Part shown: positions 9,601 through 17,263 of the stretch, one piece after another
Layout of the letters: each line of letters begins with the position of its first letter
How positions within the stretch are numbered: position 1 is the first letter of the stretch
Assembly (NCBI GenBank): GCA_017468435.1
Contig: JAFUIP010000002.1
Coordinates: 2,025-66,024, forward strand
Source: Bacteroidales bacterium
Lineage (GTDB): Bacteria; Bacteroidota; Bacteroidia; Bacteroidales; UBA1402
DNA: 64,000 bases
Direction: 5' to 3'
Notes under the pieces: generated by a model
Seen by the model: the letters and a program-made list of their open reading frames with translations, nothing else
Databases searched by the model: none
What the model was told of the DNA's origin: nothing
Translations under genes and position numbers: made by a program

Positions 9601-12278
9601 CTGTAAATGTATATCCTGTAGCTGAACAATATGAAGAAGGCACAGAAGTCACTCTCACTGCAACGGAAGAATTCGGTTACAACTTTGTTAACTGGACCAA
9701 TGCTGCCGGTGAAGAAGTTTCAACTGAGGCCAAGTTCAAATATACTGTCAATGCTGACGAAACGCTCACAGCTAACTTTGTTAAGGTGAACACCTACGAA
9801 TTGGCTATCACCATTGATGGTGGCGCCAACGATTATATGGTACAAGCAACTCCCGCTCCCACCATGGTAAACGGCAAGGGCATGTACGAAGAAGGCACCA
9901 AGGTCGCTCTGACCGCATCGAGCAACGCCATCCTGACCTTCAACAGCTGGAGCGACGGACAGACCTCAAGCGAAATCGAAGTGGCTATGGATAAGGATGT
10001 TGCCCTCACGGCCAGCTATTCTGCCCTTGACTACATTGTTGGTTGGGACTTCTACCGCGCCGGTAACAATGGCCGCGTGGCCGACTTCTACAGCACGCCC
10101 GACAACGAAGCTGCTCAATTGATTTTGACCAACGAAAGCGGTTCTATCACCGGCTGGCTCGACAAGAGTACCGTAGCTGCCGGAGGTTACGAATCTATGA
10201 AGGGTGCTGCCGTCAACTGGAAAGCCATCGGCGACAAGTACTACTATCAGACCAAGATCAATGCTTCTGCGTTCACAGGCATCAAGGTTCAGGCTCAAAT
10301 GCTTTATAACTACATTGCTCACAAGACTCAGATTATCGAATATTCTATCGATGGTAGAACTTGGAAAGAAGCCGGTCGTGCCACCATGCCTGCCGTGAAG
10401 ACGGTGACCGACATCAGCGGCGAACTTGGCGAAGATGCCAACAATGCTGCAGAACTCTACATCCGTTTCATCCCCGATTACACTTCAGACCGCGATGGTA
10501 CCGGCGATGGCGACAACAGCAACGATGGTACGACTATCACCAACATCTTCATTACCGGAACCATGAAGCTCGTTGACGATGGCAAGGCTCCTAGCATCGT
10601 AAGCACTGTTCCTGCCGATGGCGCTACCGGCGCTTCTGCCAGTGGTCGAGTTGTTTTGAACTTCGACGAAAAGATCAAGTTGACTGAAAAAGCCAAGGCA
10701 ACTCTCAACGGTGAAGAACTGACGCTTTCTGCTTCTGGCAAAGCCGTAACAGCTGAATACAAGAACCTGACCTACGCTACCAAGTACACCTTCAAGCTCG
10801 AAGCCGGTTCTGTAAGCGACCTTACCGACAATGTTCTGAACGATGCCATCAACATCGGATTCACCACCATGACCAGACCTACTGTTGAAAAGGCACTTTA
10901 CGACTTCATCGTACCCGACGATGGTAACTTCAAGCAGGCTCTCGAAGCTGCCGCTGCCCGTAGCGACAAGGCTGCCCGTTATCGTATCTTCGTAAGACAG
11001 GGTGACCATATCATTCCTGCCAACGAAAACAACATGGTAACCGGCAACGACGGAAAGAGCTATCCCGACCCGAAGACCTCGTTCAACACGCCTAACACCT
11101 CTATCATTGGTGAAAACATGAAGCTGACCACCGTAGCCAACACCATGCCTAACGACTTGGTAGCTAATCCCGATGCCGGCAAGGGCGGACAAGCTAATGC
11201 TTTGGAAGGTATCCGTACCAGCGGTATGCTTTATCTTACCAGCGGAGCCACCAATACCTACTTCCAGGATATTACCTTGAAGACCAACACACCTGATGGT
11301 AGCGGACGTAACGTTATCCTCGTGGATGGCGGTAACAAGACCATCTGCAAAGACGTAACCTTGTGGGCTTATCAGGATACTTACGTTTCTGACCGTGCTC
11401 AAAGCCTCTACTACTTCGAAGGTGGTGTTATCCGCGGACGTACCGACTTTATCTGCGGTAGCGGTGATGTATTCTTCAATGCTGTTGACATCGTCATGTG
11501 CGAAAAGGGCGGCTACATCGTGGCTCCTCGCGACAACGTGAAGTATGGTTATGTATTCAAAGATTGTACCTTGAAGGGTGAACAAGCCGATGTTAATGGC
11601 AACTACTTCCTTGGTCGTCCTTGGACAGAAGCTGCTGAAACTTACTACATCGACTGTGTGATGGAAGCTATTCCTACAGCTGCAGGTTGGACCAACATGA
11701 GCGCTGGTGGTTGTACTCGCTTCGCTGAATTCAACAGCATCTCAAGCAGTGGTACTCCCATCGACCTCAGCGGACGTGCCAAGTCGCTTGGTAATGAAAC
11801 CCCGCACTCTTTCAATCCTGTTCTTAGCGCTGCAGAAGCCGCTGAAATTGGTAACATGAGCAACATGTTCGGTGATTGGAATCCTCGTCTGGCCACAGAA
11901 CAAGCTCCTATGCCTACCAATGTTACATTGAACAAGGAAAGCAAGACTCTCTCTTGGTACAACAGCGAATATGCACTGTTGTGGGCTATCTGTAAAGATG
12001 GCAAGGTAGTTGATTTCACCATCGAACCTACTTATGTGGTTGACGATGCTACGGCTCAATGGTCTGTACGCGCTGCCAACGAAATGGGTGGTTTGGGCGA
12101 AGCTGCTCCTGCCAGCGATGCCAACGCCATGGAAAGCATCAACCAACAAATAGAAGTGGTGAACACCGTCTATTACAACCTCCATGGTGTAAGAGTTGGT
12201 GACACTTACGAAGGTTTGATTATCAAGGTTGAAACCCTCAAGAATGGCCAGCAGGTTGTAAGCAAAATGATGCGATAA
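6606..12278 (+). CDS. multidomain secreted pectin methylesterase (CE8) with T9SS C-terminal sorting domain
   Basis: It has a signal peptide and two ~379-aa N-terminal modules. It also has InlB-B/List-Bact-type repeats (YTLATAVSPEESGSVNVYP..., FVNWTN) and an Ig-like APSIVSTVPADGATGASASGRVVLNF. The CE8 motifs are AYQDTYV, GRTDFICGSG and FLGRPW (about 10890-11890). The tail ...VYYNLHGVRVGDTYEGLIIKVETLKNGQQVVSKMMR is T9SS-CTD-like. Confidence 0.9.
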   Translation: MAKISRFFLAVFMMMAFALPSSAAFKDIKIDLAESAFLEASEKDDSAHPRVSLGLTVADDGTLTRVAADDASANIVLEGCWWNSHGWSGTSATLAVEGPVKIGIGSCTFAGHDITVKNAEGQEVAKFAAGGLGCWEGNKTEENITYAYYSGEATTLSISIPSYCPYLSVEKTDYVPTEVTVTYALGEVACEGDLVPAAVKITSGAATIIPANFTLYVEGKTLTAWTDGTNTYAVGSEMTPAADVTLTPVFTANEVSLADRTEAVTLKWDFQRKNGAPTVAWQGKDGLVWVTQATINGKVIDVKADLSTNPGKMANGSWNDWAQLNGGTTFSIPSCKGAVVSVEAYNALGTGDSPLTIDGHKDYTSAKVIEYTVDNTAESIDVVIGSEGSYYRYIQTVLPVVEDEPVQTGWQDIKIDFTNGQMLTSSENSSIVSFGVSMVDGNAVRVAADDASANIVISGKYHSDQHGLANFSSTVKVEGPVKIGMGSCAWGGDVTIKNEAGETLGTFNTNNGACWSNSNPTENIVYGYYTGEAATLTIAGGAYTPFFSVEKVDEVPTEATVTYSLGDVTAQGEVPAAVKVLAGEKVVIPANFTLYVEGKTLTAWTDGTNTYAVGSEITPAADLTLTPVFTANEVSLADRTEAVTLKWDFQRKNGAPTVAWQGKDGLIWVTQATINGKVIDVKADLSTNPGKMANGNWNDWAQLNGGTTFTIPSCKGAVVSVEAYNVLGEGKDVVLTIDGQKDYTPGKTISYTVANTAETIDVVIGEEGSYYRYIQTVLPVVEKPAGGKTFNNEAATIAWPFNNSSEASVFTATPAEAFSTINTDLGDLELKGTGTGQAKDDAGNSVTFIKLRPSGNTQAAKWEIKPAAGLTFTPTKVSMYIQRFGTDAENGVNVTAVLANGTSVSLGTFTAPRNNKSQADDKFGASSNYTNKVEIALTAEQQAQLATTDAFAITATVGVSATKEGGFSDVQIHGLINGTVANVAKYTLATAVSPEESGSVNVYPVAEQYEEGTEVTLTATEEFGYNFVNWTNAAGEEVSTEAKFKYTVNADETLTANFVKVNTYELAITIDGGANDYMVQATPAPTMVNGKGMYEEGTKVALTASSNAILTFNSWSDGQTSSEIEVAMDKDVALTASYSALDYIVGWDFYRAGNNGRVADFYSTPDNEAAQLILTNESGSITGWLDKSTVAAGGYESMKGAAVNWKAIGDKYYYQTKINASAFTGIKVQAQMLYNYIAHKTQIIEYSIDGRTWKEAGRATMPAVKTVTDISGELGEDANNAAELYIRFIPDYTSDRDGTGDGDNSNDGTTITNIFITGTMKLVDDGKAPSIVSTVPADGATGASASGRVVLNFDEKIKLTEKAKATLNGEELTLSASGKAVTAEYKNLTYATKYTFKLEAGSVSDLTDNVLNDAINIGFTTMTRPTVEKALYDFIVPDDGNFKQALEAAAARSDKAARYRIFVRQGDHIIPANENNMVTGNDGKSYPDPKTSFNTPNTSIIGENMKLTTVANTMPNDLVANPDAGKGGQANALEGIRTSGMLYLTSGATNTYFQDITLKTNTPDGSGRNVILVDGGNKTICKDVTLWAYQDTYVSDRAQSLYYFEGGVIRGRTDFICGSGDVFFNAVDIVMCEKGGYIVAPRDNVKYGYVFKDCTLKGEQADVNGNYFLGRPWTEAAETYYIDCVMEAIPTAAGWTNMSAGGCTRFAEFNSISSSGTPIDLSGRAKSLGNETPHSFNPVLSAAEAAEIGNMSNMFGDWNPRLATEQAPMPTNVTLNKESKTLSWYNSEYALLWAICKDGKVVDFTIEPTYVVDDATAQWSVRAANEMGGLGEAAPASDANAMESINQQIEVVNTVYYNLHGVRVGDTYEGLIIKVETLKNGQQVVSKMMR
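7230..7644. repeat. near-identical core of intragenic tandem duplication, copy A
   Basis: It matches 8367-8781 (offset 1137 bp = 379 codons) with about 15 mismatches in 415 nt by eye. Similarity resumes at 7734-7811 versus 8874-8951. Confidence 0.9.
8367..8781. repeat. near-identical core of intragenic tandem duplication, copy B
   Basis: See copy A. Both copies begin at attcctgccaattttacgctttatgtagaaggcaagaccctgacgg... Confidence 0.9.
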
Positions 12279-12299
12279 GACTGCGCCGTCCTATACAAG

Positions 12300-12340
12300 G
12301 AGGAGGCTGTGCCTGCGGCACAGCCTCCTCTTATTTTTGT
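12300..12340 (+). terminator. rho-independent terminator after the CE8 gene
   Basis: A 14-bp perfect stem, gaggaggctgtgcc (12300-12313) paired with ggcacagcctcctc (12317-12330), with loop tgc. It is followed by ttatttttgtt. Confidence 0.8.
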
Positions 12341-12392
12341 TCGATTGCTCAGTTTGCTCAGCCTGCTCAATCACTTGCTCAGCCGGCGGGCA

Positions 12393-14129
12393 TCAATCGA
12401 TGGTTTTGTCTATGTTGAAGCGAGTGATTTTGCGAGAAGTATTCTTTTGGAATTCGCTGTCGCGGAGTTTCACATGCTTAACAGCCTTGTACGAAGGCAT
12501 TTTGGCATTGAGCCATTTCACTTGTTCCTCGAAATAAGCCTGCATATTGTCTATTCCCTTTTCGCGAAGAAGCTCGGCATCGGGGAAAATTTCAGCCACG
12601 ATGGTTATTTTGTCTTTCTGCAAACGACTTTCGCCGGCATAGACCACCACTTCGCAAACGCCTTCCACCTTTTGCAGATCGGCTTCGATTTCTTCGGGAT
12701 AAACGTTCTTTCCGTTAGAAAGAATGATGAGGTTTTTCTTGCGTCCGGTGATGTAGATCCAGCCTTCTTCGTCGAGTTTGCCGTAGTCGCCGGTGCGGAA
12801 GAAGCCGTCCTTGTCGAAAACTTCGGCCGTGGCTTCAGGATTGTTGTAGTAGCCGAGCATCACGTTCGGCCCCTTCACGCAGATTTCGCCTTCGCCGTTT
12901 TCATCGGGATGATCAATCTTGACACGACAAGCCAGAATGGGTGTTCCCACGCTGCCGGGCTTACGATATTTGTTGCGGTTGGCCGAGATAAGCGGGGCGC
13001 ATTCGGTGATGCCGTAGCCATTCAGAATGGTGATGCCCAATGAATCGAAGGTGCGGATAATTTCTTCGTCGAGTTTGGCGCCACCACAAATGATGAGCTC
13101 CAACTTGCCGCCAAAGGCGCTGAGCACGCTTCCGAACAATTTTCGTCTGACATCTATGCCCACTTTGCGGAGCAGGTCGCTCACTTTCATCATCGTCTTC
13201 AGTAAGCCTTCTTTTTTGCTCTTGCGCGCGGTGGCCCAGATTTTTCGGTTCATCACTTCGAGGAAGGCGGGCACCAAGATAAGATGCGTAGGTTGTTGTT
13301 CCTTGATTTCATCGCTTACATGCTTGATACCGCTGGAGATATACACTTCGCAACCCTGCGCCAAATGGCCCACATAGTTCACCGTCGAGCCGAAAGTGTG
13401 ATGCGGCGGCAGCACGTGGAGCGTCTTGCGGGTGATGTCAAAGTTGTACATTCCCAAGGTCATGTCCAATCCAATGTTGGCCTGCGAGAGCATCACGCCT
13501 TTTCCCTTGCCGGTGGTGCCGGAGGTAAACACGATGGAAGCCAATTTGTTGACATCTATTTTGTAATCGTAATACGAATTATCGCCCTGCTTATACAATG
13601 CTGCGCCTTTTTCTTGCAAAGCGGCCACCGAAGTCAGGGTTTTGCCATTCAAATCGGAAGTTTCGATCTTGCTTTCGTCAGCCACGGAAATAAGCATTTC
13701 CACCGTGTTCAGCGCGCCCTTCGAAAGCAATTCCTTTATCTTGGCTTCGGCCGTTTTTCCAAAAATCACCGCCTTGCAACGGGTGGTGCCGATAATGCCC
13801 TCAATATCGTCGGCGGGCAGTTCCTTATCTACGGGCACCGTCACCGAACCGATGGCCATCACGGCAAAGAAAGAGCAGCACCAACCATAAGAATTTTCGC
13901 CCACAATGGCAATATTTTCTTCTCTCAAACCATTGGCAATGAGCGCCGTTCCCAAATGTCGCACATCGTCGCGCCACTGCGAGAAAGTCACCTTATTTAC
14001 CTCTTTGTCCCAATAATTTTCTTTGTAAGAAATGGCGATACTATCGGAAAAATTTTGCGCAGCTTCCTCTACCAGAGAGCGCATGTCGTCGATAAAAGTG
14101 GTCTTGTAAATAGGGTAATTTTTGTTCAT
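12393..14129 (-). CDS. long-chain fatty-acid--CoA ligase (AMP-binding enzyme)
   Basis: AMP-binding signature FTSGTTGKGKGVMLS, plus GYGITE and a TGDYGKLDEEGWIYITGRKK C-terminal motif. Confidence 0.9.
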   Translation of the reverse strand: MNKNYPIYKTTFIDDMRSLVEEAAQNFSDSIAISYKENYWDKEVNKVTFSQWRDDVRHLGTALIANGLREENIAIVGENSYGWCCSFFAVMAIGSVTVPVDKELPADDIEGIIGTTRCKAVIFGKTAEAKIKELLSKGALNTVEMLISVADESKIETSDLNGKTLTSVAALQEKGAALYKQGDNSYYDYKIDVNKLASIVFTSGTTGKGKGVMLSQANIGLDMTLGMYNFDITRKTLHVLPPHHTFGSTVNYVGHLAQGCEVYISSGIKHVSDEIKEQQPTHLILVPAFLEVMNRKIWATARKSKKEGLLKTMMKVSDLLRKVGIDVRRKLFGSVLSAFGGKLELIICGGAKLDEEIIRTFDSLGITILNGYGITECAPLISANRNKYRKPGSVGTPILACRVKIDHPDENGEGEICVKGPNVMLGYYNNPEATAEVFDKDGFFRTGDYGKLDEEGWIYITGRKKNLIILSNGKNVYPEEIEADLQKVEGVCEVVVYAGESRLQKDKITIVAEIFPDAELLREKGIDNMQAYFEEQVKWLNAKMPSYKAVKHVKLRDSEFQKNTSRKITRFNIDKTID

Positions 14130-14160
14130 TATTTTAATTTCTCTCTATAATAATATTCGA

Positions 14161-14865
14161 TTAAAATGTCCATTTGGTTGCGAGGGTCGGCATCAGGCGG
14201 AAGCCCTTTTCCACGAAGTTGCACGACACTTCCATTTCGGTGCCCACACTCAAGTTGATATTTTCCATTGCCTTGATATTCTTCAAATTAACCCAAAGCT
14301 GAGGCTCAGCGATGAAGACAAATTCCGTGTCTTGCCATGCTTTGGATTCTCTCCAGAAATCGGCGAATCCGTTGAAAGAAATCCAATGGTTCAGGAAGTC
14401 GAGATTCCATACGCCGGTGAGCTGGAAATTGTGCATCTGGCATTTGCCTGTAAAATCTTCGAGGCCGGGAATAGCCTTATACATAGCTGATAATGACCAG
14501 GTTTTGCTCCAATCGGCCGAATGTCCGGAATAGGTCAGACCGCCCAAAAAGGCATTGTTGAACGAGATGGTATTGCTCAATCCACCGTTGTATTCGAGAT
14601 GCAGCGAGAGCCAATCCATCTGACTTTCTTGCCAAAAACAGAGTTCCCGCGAAATTTCCCAATAAGCGCCGCTGGCCTTCCAATGATAATCGAAATCGAC
14701 AAAGAAAAAAGTGCTTCCCCAGTCGTCGGGACGAAACATTTCCACCGTGCTTGTGAGGCTGTTTCTACCCAAATCGTAGTGTAACTGAATATTTTGTGCG
14801 TAAGTGATAAAGCTGACAAAAGACAATAAAAAGGCCGCAAGCCATCGCGCGATAAATTTCTTCAT
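14161..14865 (-). CDS. small outer-membrane beta-barrel protein (DUF5020/Tsx-like, family name from memory)
   Basis: It has a signal peptide (MKKFIARWLAAFLLSFVSFITYAQ), alternating aromatic/polar strands and a C-terminal ...TKWTF. Confidence 0.6.
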   Translation of the reverse strand: MKKFIARWLAAFLLSFVSFITYAQNIQLHYDLGRNSLTSTVEMFRPDDWGSTFFFVDFDYHWKASGAYWEISRELCFWQESQMDWLSLHLEYNGGLSNTISFNNAFLGGLTYSGHSADWSKTWSLSAMYKAIPGLEDFTGKCQMHNFQLTGVWNLDFLNHWISFNGFADFWRESKAWQDTEFVFIAEPQLWVNLKNIKAMENINLSVGTEMEVSCNFVEKGFRLMPTLATKWTF

Positions 14866-14949
14866 ATCAGAAACTTTGTAGTGTTAAAGATTGAGCAACA
14901 AATATACGTTTTATTTCTAACTTTGCCTGCGTGAATAAAACGATTTATC

Positions 14950-15339
14950 ATGATTAAAGTTTATGTGATGGCCACTTGCCCCGATTGCACGCAAGTGAAA
15001 GCCGAAGCCGCCAACGACCCGCGCTTCGAATTGATAGATTTGGGTGAACATGTCAGAAATCTGAAAGCCTTTCTGGCACTGAGAGATACGCATCCTGCCT
15101 TCGACAAGGTTAAGGCGCGCGGCAACATAGGTTTGCCCTGCTTCGTGATGGAAGACGGCAGCATAGATTTTTCCTGGACTCGCATAAAAGAGCGCATCGC
15201 TTGGACGCCGCTTCAGCAGGAAGCTTCTGATGCCGGCTCGAACGATGGAGGTCTTGCTCAGGATGGCAGTCTCGCAAACGATGGCGCCACTTGCAGTTTG
15301 GACGGTGCTGCTTGCAGTTTGGACGGAAAAGGTTGTTGA
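14950..15339 (+). CDS. glutaredoxin/thioredoxin-fold protein with degenerate DGxxxxx repeat tail
   Basis: MIKVYVMATCPDCTQVK (a CxxC motif) and GLPCFVMEDG. The C-terminus NDGGLAQ-DGSLAN-DGATCSL-DGAACSL-DGKGC is encoded by 18-21-bp periodic DNA (cttgcagtttggacgg at 15290 and 15311). Confidence 0.7.
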   Translation: MIKVYVMATCPDCTQVKAEAANDPRFELIDLGEHVRNLKAFLALRDTHPAFDKVKARGNIGLPCFVMEDGSIDFSWTRIKERIAWTPLQQEASDAGSNDGGLAQDGSLANDGATCSLDGAACSLDGKGC

Positions 15340-15360
15340 CTTATTTTCTGGCAAAAGATT

Positions 15361-15828
15361 ATGGCAGAACAACTGATTATCAAAGGAGAAAGCAAGCAAG
15401 AACGCTACGCGACGCTTTTCCCGCAACTCCGGACACTGTTATCGGCCGAAGACGACCTTATCGCCAACATGGCCAATCTTTGTGCCTGCCTGCGTGACAC
15501 TTTCCATTTCTGGTGGGTCGGGTTTTACCGCGTTTGCGGCGAAGAACTTTTGCTCGGCCCTTTCCAAGGTCCATTGGCTTGCACGCGTATCAAAAAAGGT
15601 CGAGGAGTGTGCGGAAGCGCTTGGCAACAAGAGCAATGCATCATTGTGCCCGATGTGGAACAGTTCCCCGGACATATTGCGTGCAGCAGTGCATCCCGTT
15701 CGGAAATAGTACTACCGCTCTTCAAAGACAACAGCATCGTCGCCGTCCTGGACATCGACAGCGAACATTTGAATCACTTCGACGACATCGATCGTCTTTG
15801 GTTGGAGAAAATACTGACCTTGCTGTAA
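15361..15828 (+). CDS. msrC: GAF-domain protein, free methionine-(R)-sulfoxide reductase-like
   Basis: WVGFYRV..., LLLGPFQGPLACTRIKKGRGVCGSAW and FPGHIACSSASRSEIVLPLF are typical of the YebR/MsrC GAF family. Confidence 0.75.
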   Translation: MAEQLIIKGESKQERYATLFPQLRTLLSAEDDLIANMANLCACLRDTFHFWWVGFYRVCGEELLLGPFQGPLACTRIKKGRGVCGSAWQQEQCIIVPDVEQFPGHIACSSASRSEIVLPLFKDNSIVAVLDIDSEHLNHFDDIDRLWLEKILTLL

Positions 15829-15916
15829 CTCGCGAGATTGCGGATCGATGCGCAGCGCGAGGAAATCGCGAGATCGCGGTGATTGCTCGATTGCGGTGAT
15901 TGCGAGCGCGCAAGCT

Positions 15917-16390
15917 TTACTCACGCGGCATCAAAGCATGCAAAGCCTCTTCGGTGAGGCGATAAGTTTTCCATTCGTCCAAAGAAATGGCACCCATGGA
16001 GCGGTAAAAATCTATGCTGGGTTGGTTCCAATTGAGGCAAACCCATTCCATGCGTCCGCAACCGCGTTCTATAGCCGTTTTGACCAAGTGAAGAAACAGC
16101 GCCTTGCCGTAGCCTTTTTTTCGATGTTCGGGGAAAACATACAAATCTTCGAGGTAAATACCGGCCTTTCCCACGAAGGTGGAAAAATTGTGAAAATACA
16201 GCGCAAATCCCACAGGCTCAACATCTTGCTCGGCAAAAACAACTTCTGCCACTTCTTTTTCAAAAAGCCACTCATGCAACTTTTCTTCGGTGGCAACGAC
16301 TTCGTTTTCCATCTTTTCGTAACGGGCAATGCCTTTGATAAAGTCCAGAATCTGAGGCACATCTTCCGGAAGGGCTTTTCTTATTTTCAT
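15917..16390 (-). CDS. GNAT family N-acetyltransferase
   Basis: A 157-aa ORF containing HRKKGYGKALFLHL (the acetyl-CoA binding Q/RxxGxG/A motif). Confidence 0.85.
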   Translation of the reverse strand: MKIRKALPEDVPQILDFIKGIARYEKMENEVVATEEKLHEWLFEKEVAEVVFAEQDVEPVGFALYFHNFSTFVGKAGIYLEDLYVFPEHRKKGYGKALFLHLVKTAIERGCGRMEWVCLNWNQPSIDFYRSMGAISLDEWKTYRLTEEALHALMPRE

Positions 16391-16515
16391 TTGTTGTACT
16401 TGTTTTTCGTTCGGGATCGGTGCAAAATTAATCTTTTTTCTCTCTTATTGAGATTACTTATGGAAGGCTTTGCGTAAATTCGCCGCCAATAAACAAACCT
16501 CAAAACTCTTTTCTT

Positions 16516-17223
16516 ATGAGAACTTCGAAAATCATTAGCCTTTGCAGCCTTTTGTTGGCTTCTTTATTTTTGTTCGACATCGATGCCCAAACACTTGAAA
16601 ACACGCCTTATATTGAAGTGACCGGCAAAGCCGAACGCGACATTGTTCCCGATGAAATCTACCTGAGCATCAGCCTTAGTGAAAGCGATTACGGCAAGGA
16701 ATCCAGCCTTATTGCCAAGGAAAAACAAGTGCTCAAAACCCTGGAAAATATTGGTATAGATATTCAAAAACAGCTGAGTGTGAAAGACCTGGGAAGCAAT
16801 TTCAAGAAATATGTCTTGCGCAAGAACGAGGTCATACTCAGCAAGGATTACGAACTGAAAACCGCATCGGCCAAGCAAGCCGCACAGGTGATGATGGCGC
16901 TCGAAGCCATCGGTGTTTCGAAGGTGACGGTAGATAAGGTGGATTGCAGCCAGACAGAAAAATATCGCGACGAGTTGCGCGTGGAGGCCATCAAGAATGC
17001 CAAGCAGAAAGCCGAACAATTGTGCCAAGCCATTGGACAGACTTGTGGCAAAGCCATTTACATTGTGGAACAAAATTATGGACACCGCGTATATAACGCA
17101 ATGCCCATGTTCAAAGCCAGTTTGGCCAGAGCCGAAAGTGCAGATGTTGCTTCGGTGCCCGAACTCGCATTCGAAAGTATCACTCTGGAAAGCAGCATTC
17201 TGGTGCGCTTCTCGCTTGAGTGA
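16516..17223 (+). CDS. SIMPL/DUF541 domain periplasmic protein
   Basis: It has a signal peptide. PYIEVTGKAERDIVPDEIYLSISL and later ELRVEAIKNAKQKAEQLCQAIG match the SIMPL family pattern. Confidence 0.75.
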   Translation: MRTSKIISLCSLLLASLFLFDIDAQTLENTPYIEVTGKAERDIVPDEIYLSISLSESDYGKESSLIAKEKQVLKTLENIGIDIQKQLSVKDLGSNFKKYVLRKNEVILSKDYELKTASAKQAAQVMMALEAIGVSKVTVDKVDCSQTEKYRDELRVEAIKNAKQKAEQLCQAIGQTCGKAIYIVEQNYGHRVYNAMPMFKASLARAESADVASVPELAFESITLESSILVRFSLE

Positions 17224-17263
17224 GCGCCTCGCTTGTGAGCGAGCGGCCGGCGGCGTGCCGCCC

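Noticed and set aside
10485-11585. 366-aa minus-strand ORF inside the CE8 gene, plus similar ones at 6762-7685 and 8346-8930.
   Set aside because: These lie antisense to the CE8 ORF, which carries QDT/DFICG/LGRPW motifs and a signal peptide. No start context or motifs are present, so they are shadow ORFs.
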